From the IMG/VR virus record IMGVR_UViG_3300033066_001794: DNA of 64,000 nt. One strand, given 5' to 3'. The notes under the pieces are model-generated. The model saw only the letters and a list, made by a program, of their open reading frames with translations, was not told the origin of the DNA and ran no database searches. The translations under genes and the position numbers were made by a program. Numbering within the stretch: position 1 is the first letter of the stretch; each line of letters begins with the position of its first letter. Shown here piece after piece: positions 63,245 to 64,000 of the stretch. The stretch comes from an uncultured virus (IMG/VR IMGVR_UViG_3300033066_001794) (lineage: Duplodnaviria > Heunggongvirae > Uroviricota > Caudoviricetes).

Positions 63245-63682
63245 TTAATTTGAAAGATAAATGTAAGAACGATGATATTTTTCAATTCTTTCAATATCCT
63301 TCTTTCTTAATCCCTTTATACGGCTAATTTGAGAATTATGGTCTAAGTCGGCTAACTTAATTGCTGTAGCTTCTTTACTTACTGAAATAGCCTTAATATA
63401 TTCGTCATAAGGTGTATTTTCCTTATCATGAGTCAATAAATGTAACCAACCGATAATTTTATCTGAGAAGCCTTGTTTAGTAAGGAACTCAAAAGTATAC
63501 CCTTCTTCTTTACAATCTTCGCACAAATCGTGAAGTATTCCACAAATCATTACTTCTTCACCTAAATGTGAAACTTTGTTCATAACCCAAAGACAATGAA
63601 GAATATAAGGTTTCCCACCTTTATCAACTTTGTTCTCAAATGCTTTCGCTGCGATTGAAATCGCTAATCCTAGTTTGCTCAT
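63245..63682 (-). CDS. HD-domain (p)ppGpp hydrolase-like protein (small alarmone hydrolase/Mesh1-like)
   Basis: DKGGKPYILH, ILHDLCED, IKLADLDHN. Confidence 0.8.
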   Translation of the reverse strand: MSKLGLAISIAAKAFENKVDKGGKPYILHCLWVMNKVSHLGEEVMICGILHDLCEDCKEEGYTFEFLTKQGFSDKIIGWLHLLTHDKENTPYDEYIKAISVSKEATAIKLADLDHNSQISRIKGLRKKDIERIEKYHRSYIYLSN

Positions 63683-63685
63683 TGT

Positions 63686-64000
<315 letters not shown>

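Overview
AT-rich, gene-dense 64-kb segment that reads as part of a large (probably jumbo) phage infecting a Bacteroidota/Flavobacteria-like host: TAnnTTTG promoters, no Shine-Dalgarno pattern, many short ORFans, and no structural genes in the window. Contents: (i) 0.5-8.6 kb, an array of about 11 integron attC-like sites with no integrase, with genes antisense to the usual cassette orientation; (ii) two transposase-less TnpB-like RuvC genes and one HNH gene that share a covarying structured 5' leader; (iii) a circularly permuted (two-piece) tmRNA gene; (iv) three tRNA clusters (26 tRNAs, all 20 amino acids) with boxA-like motifs and several unassigned structured RNAs; (v) nucleotide/NAD and counter-defence genes (Prs-like + Nampt-like pair, NADAR, Rnl2, RtcB, HD hydrolase, MazG, dNMP kinase, SSB, exonuclease). 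Top observation: each tRNA cluster is preceded by promoter + short leader ORF + antiterminator/terminator, and the codons in each leader's sensing stretch are those decoded by the tRNAs of that cluster. This suggests an attenuation circuit that senses loss of tRNAs and switches on replacements. All calls are by eye; no searches or folding programs were run.
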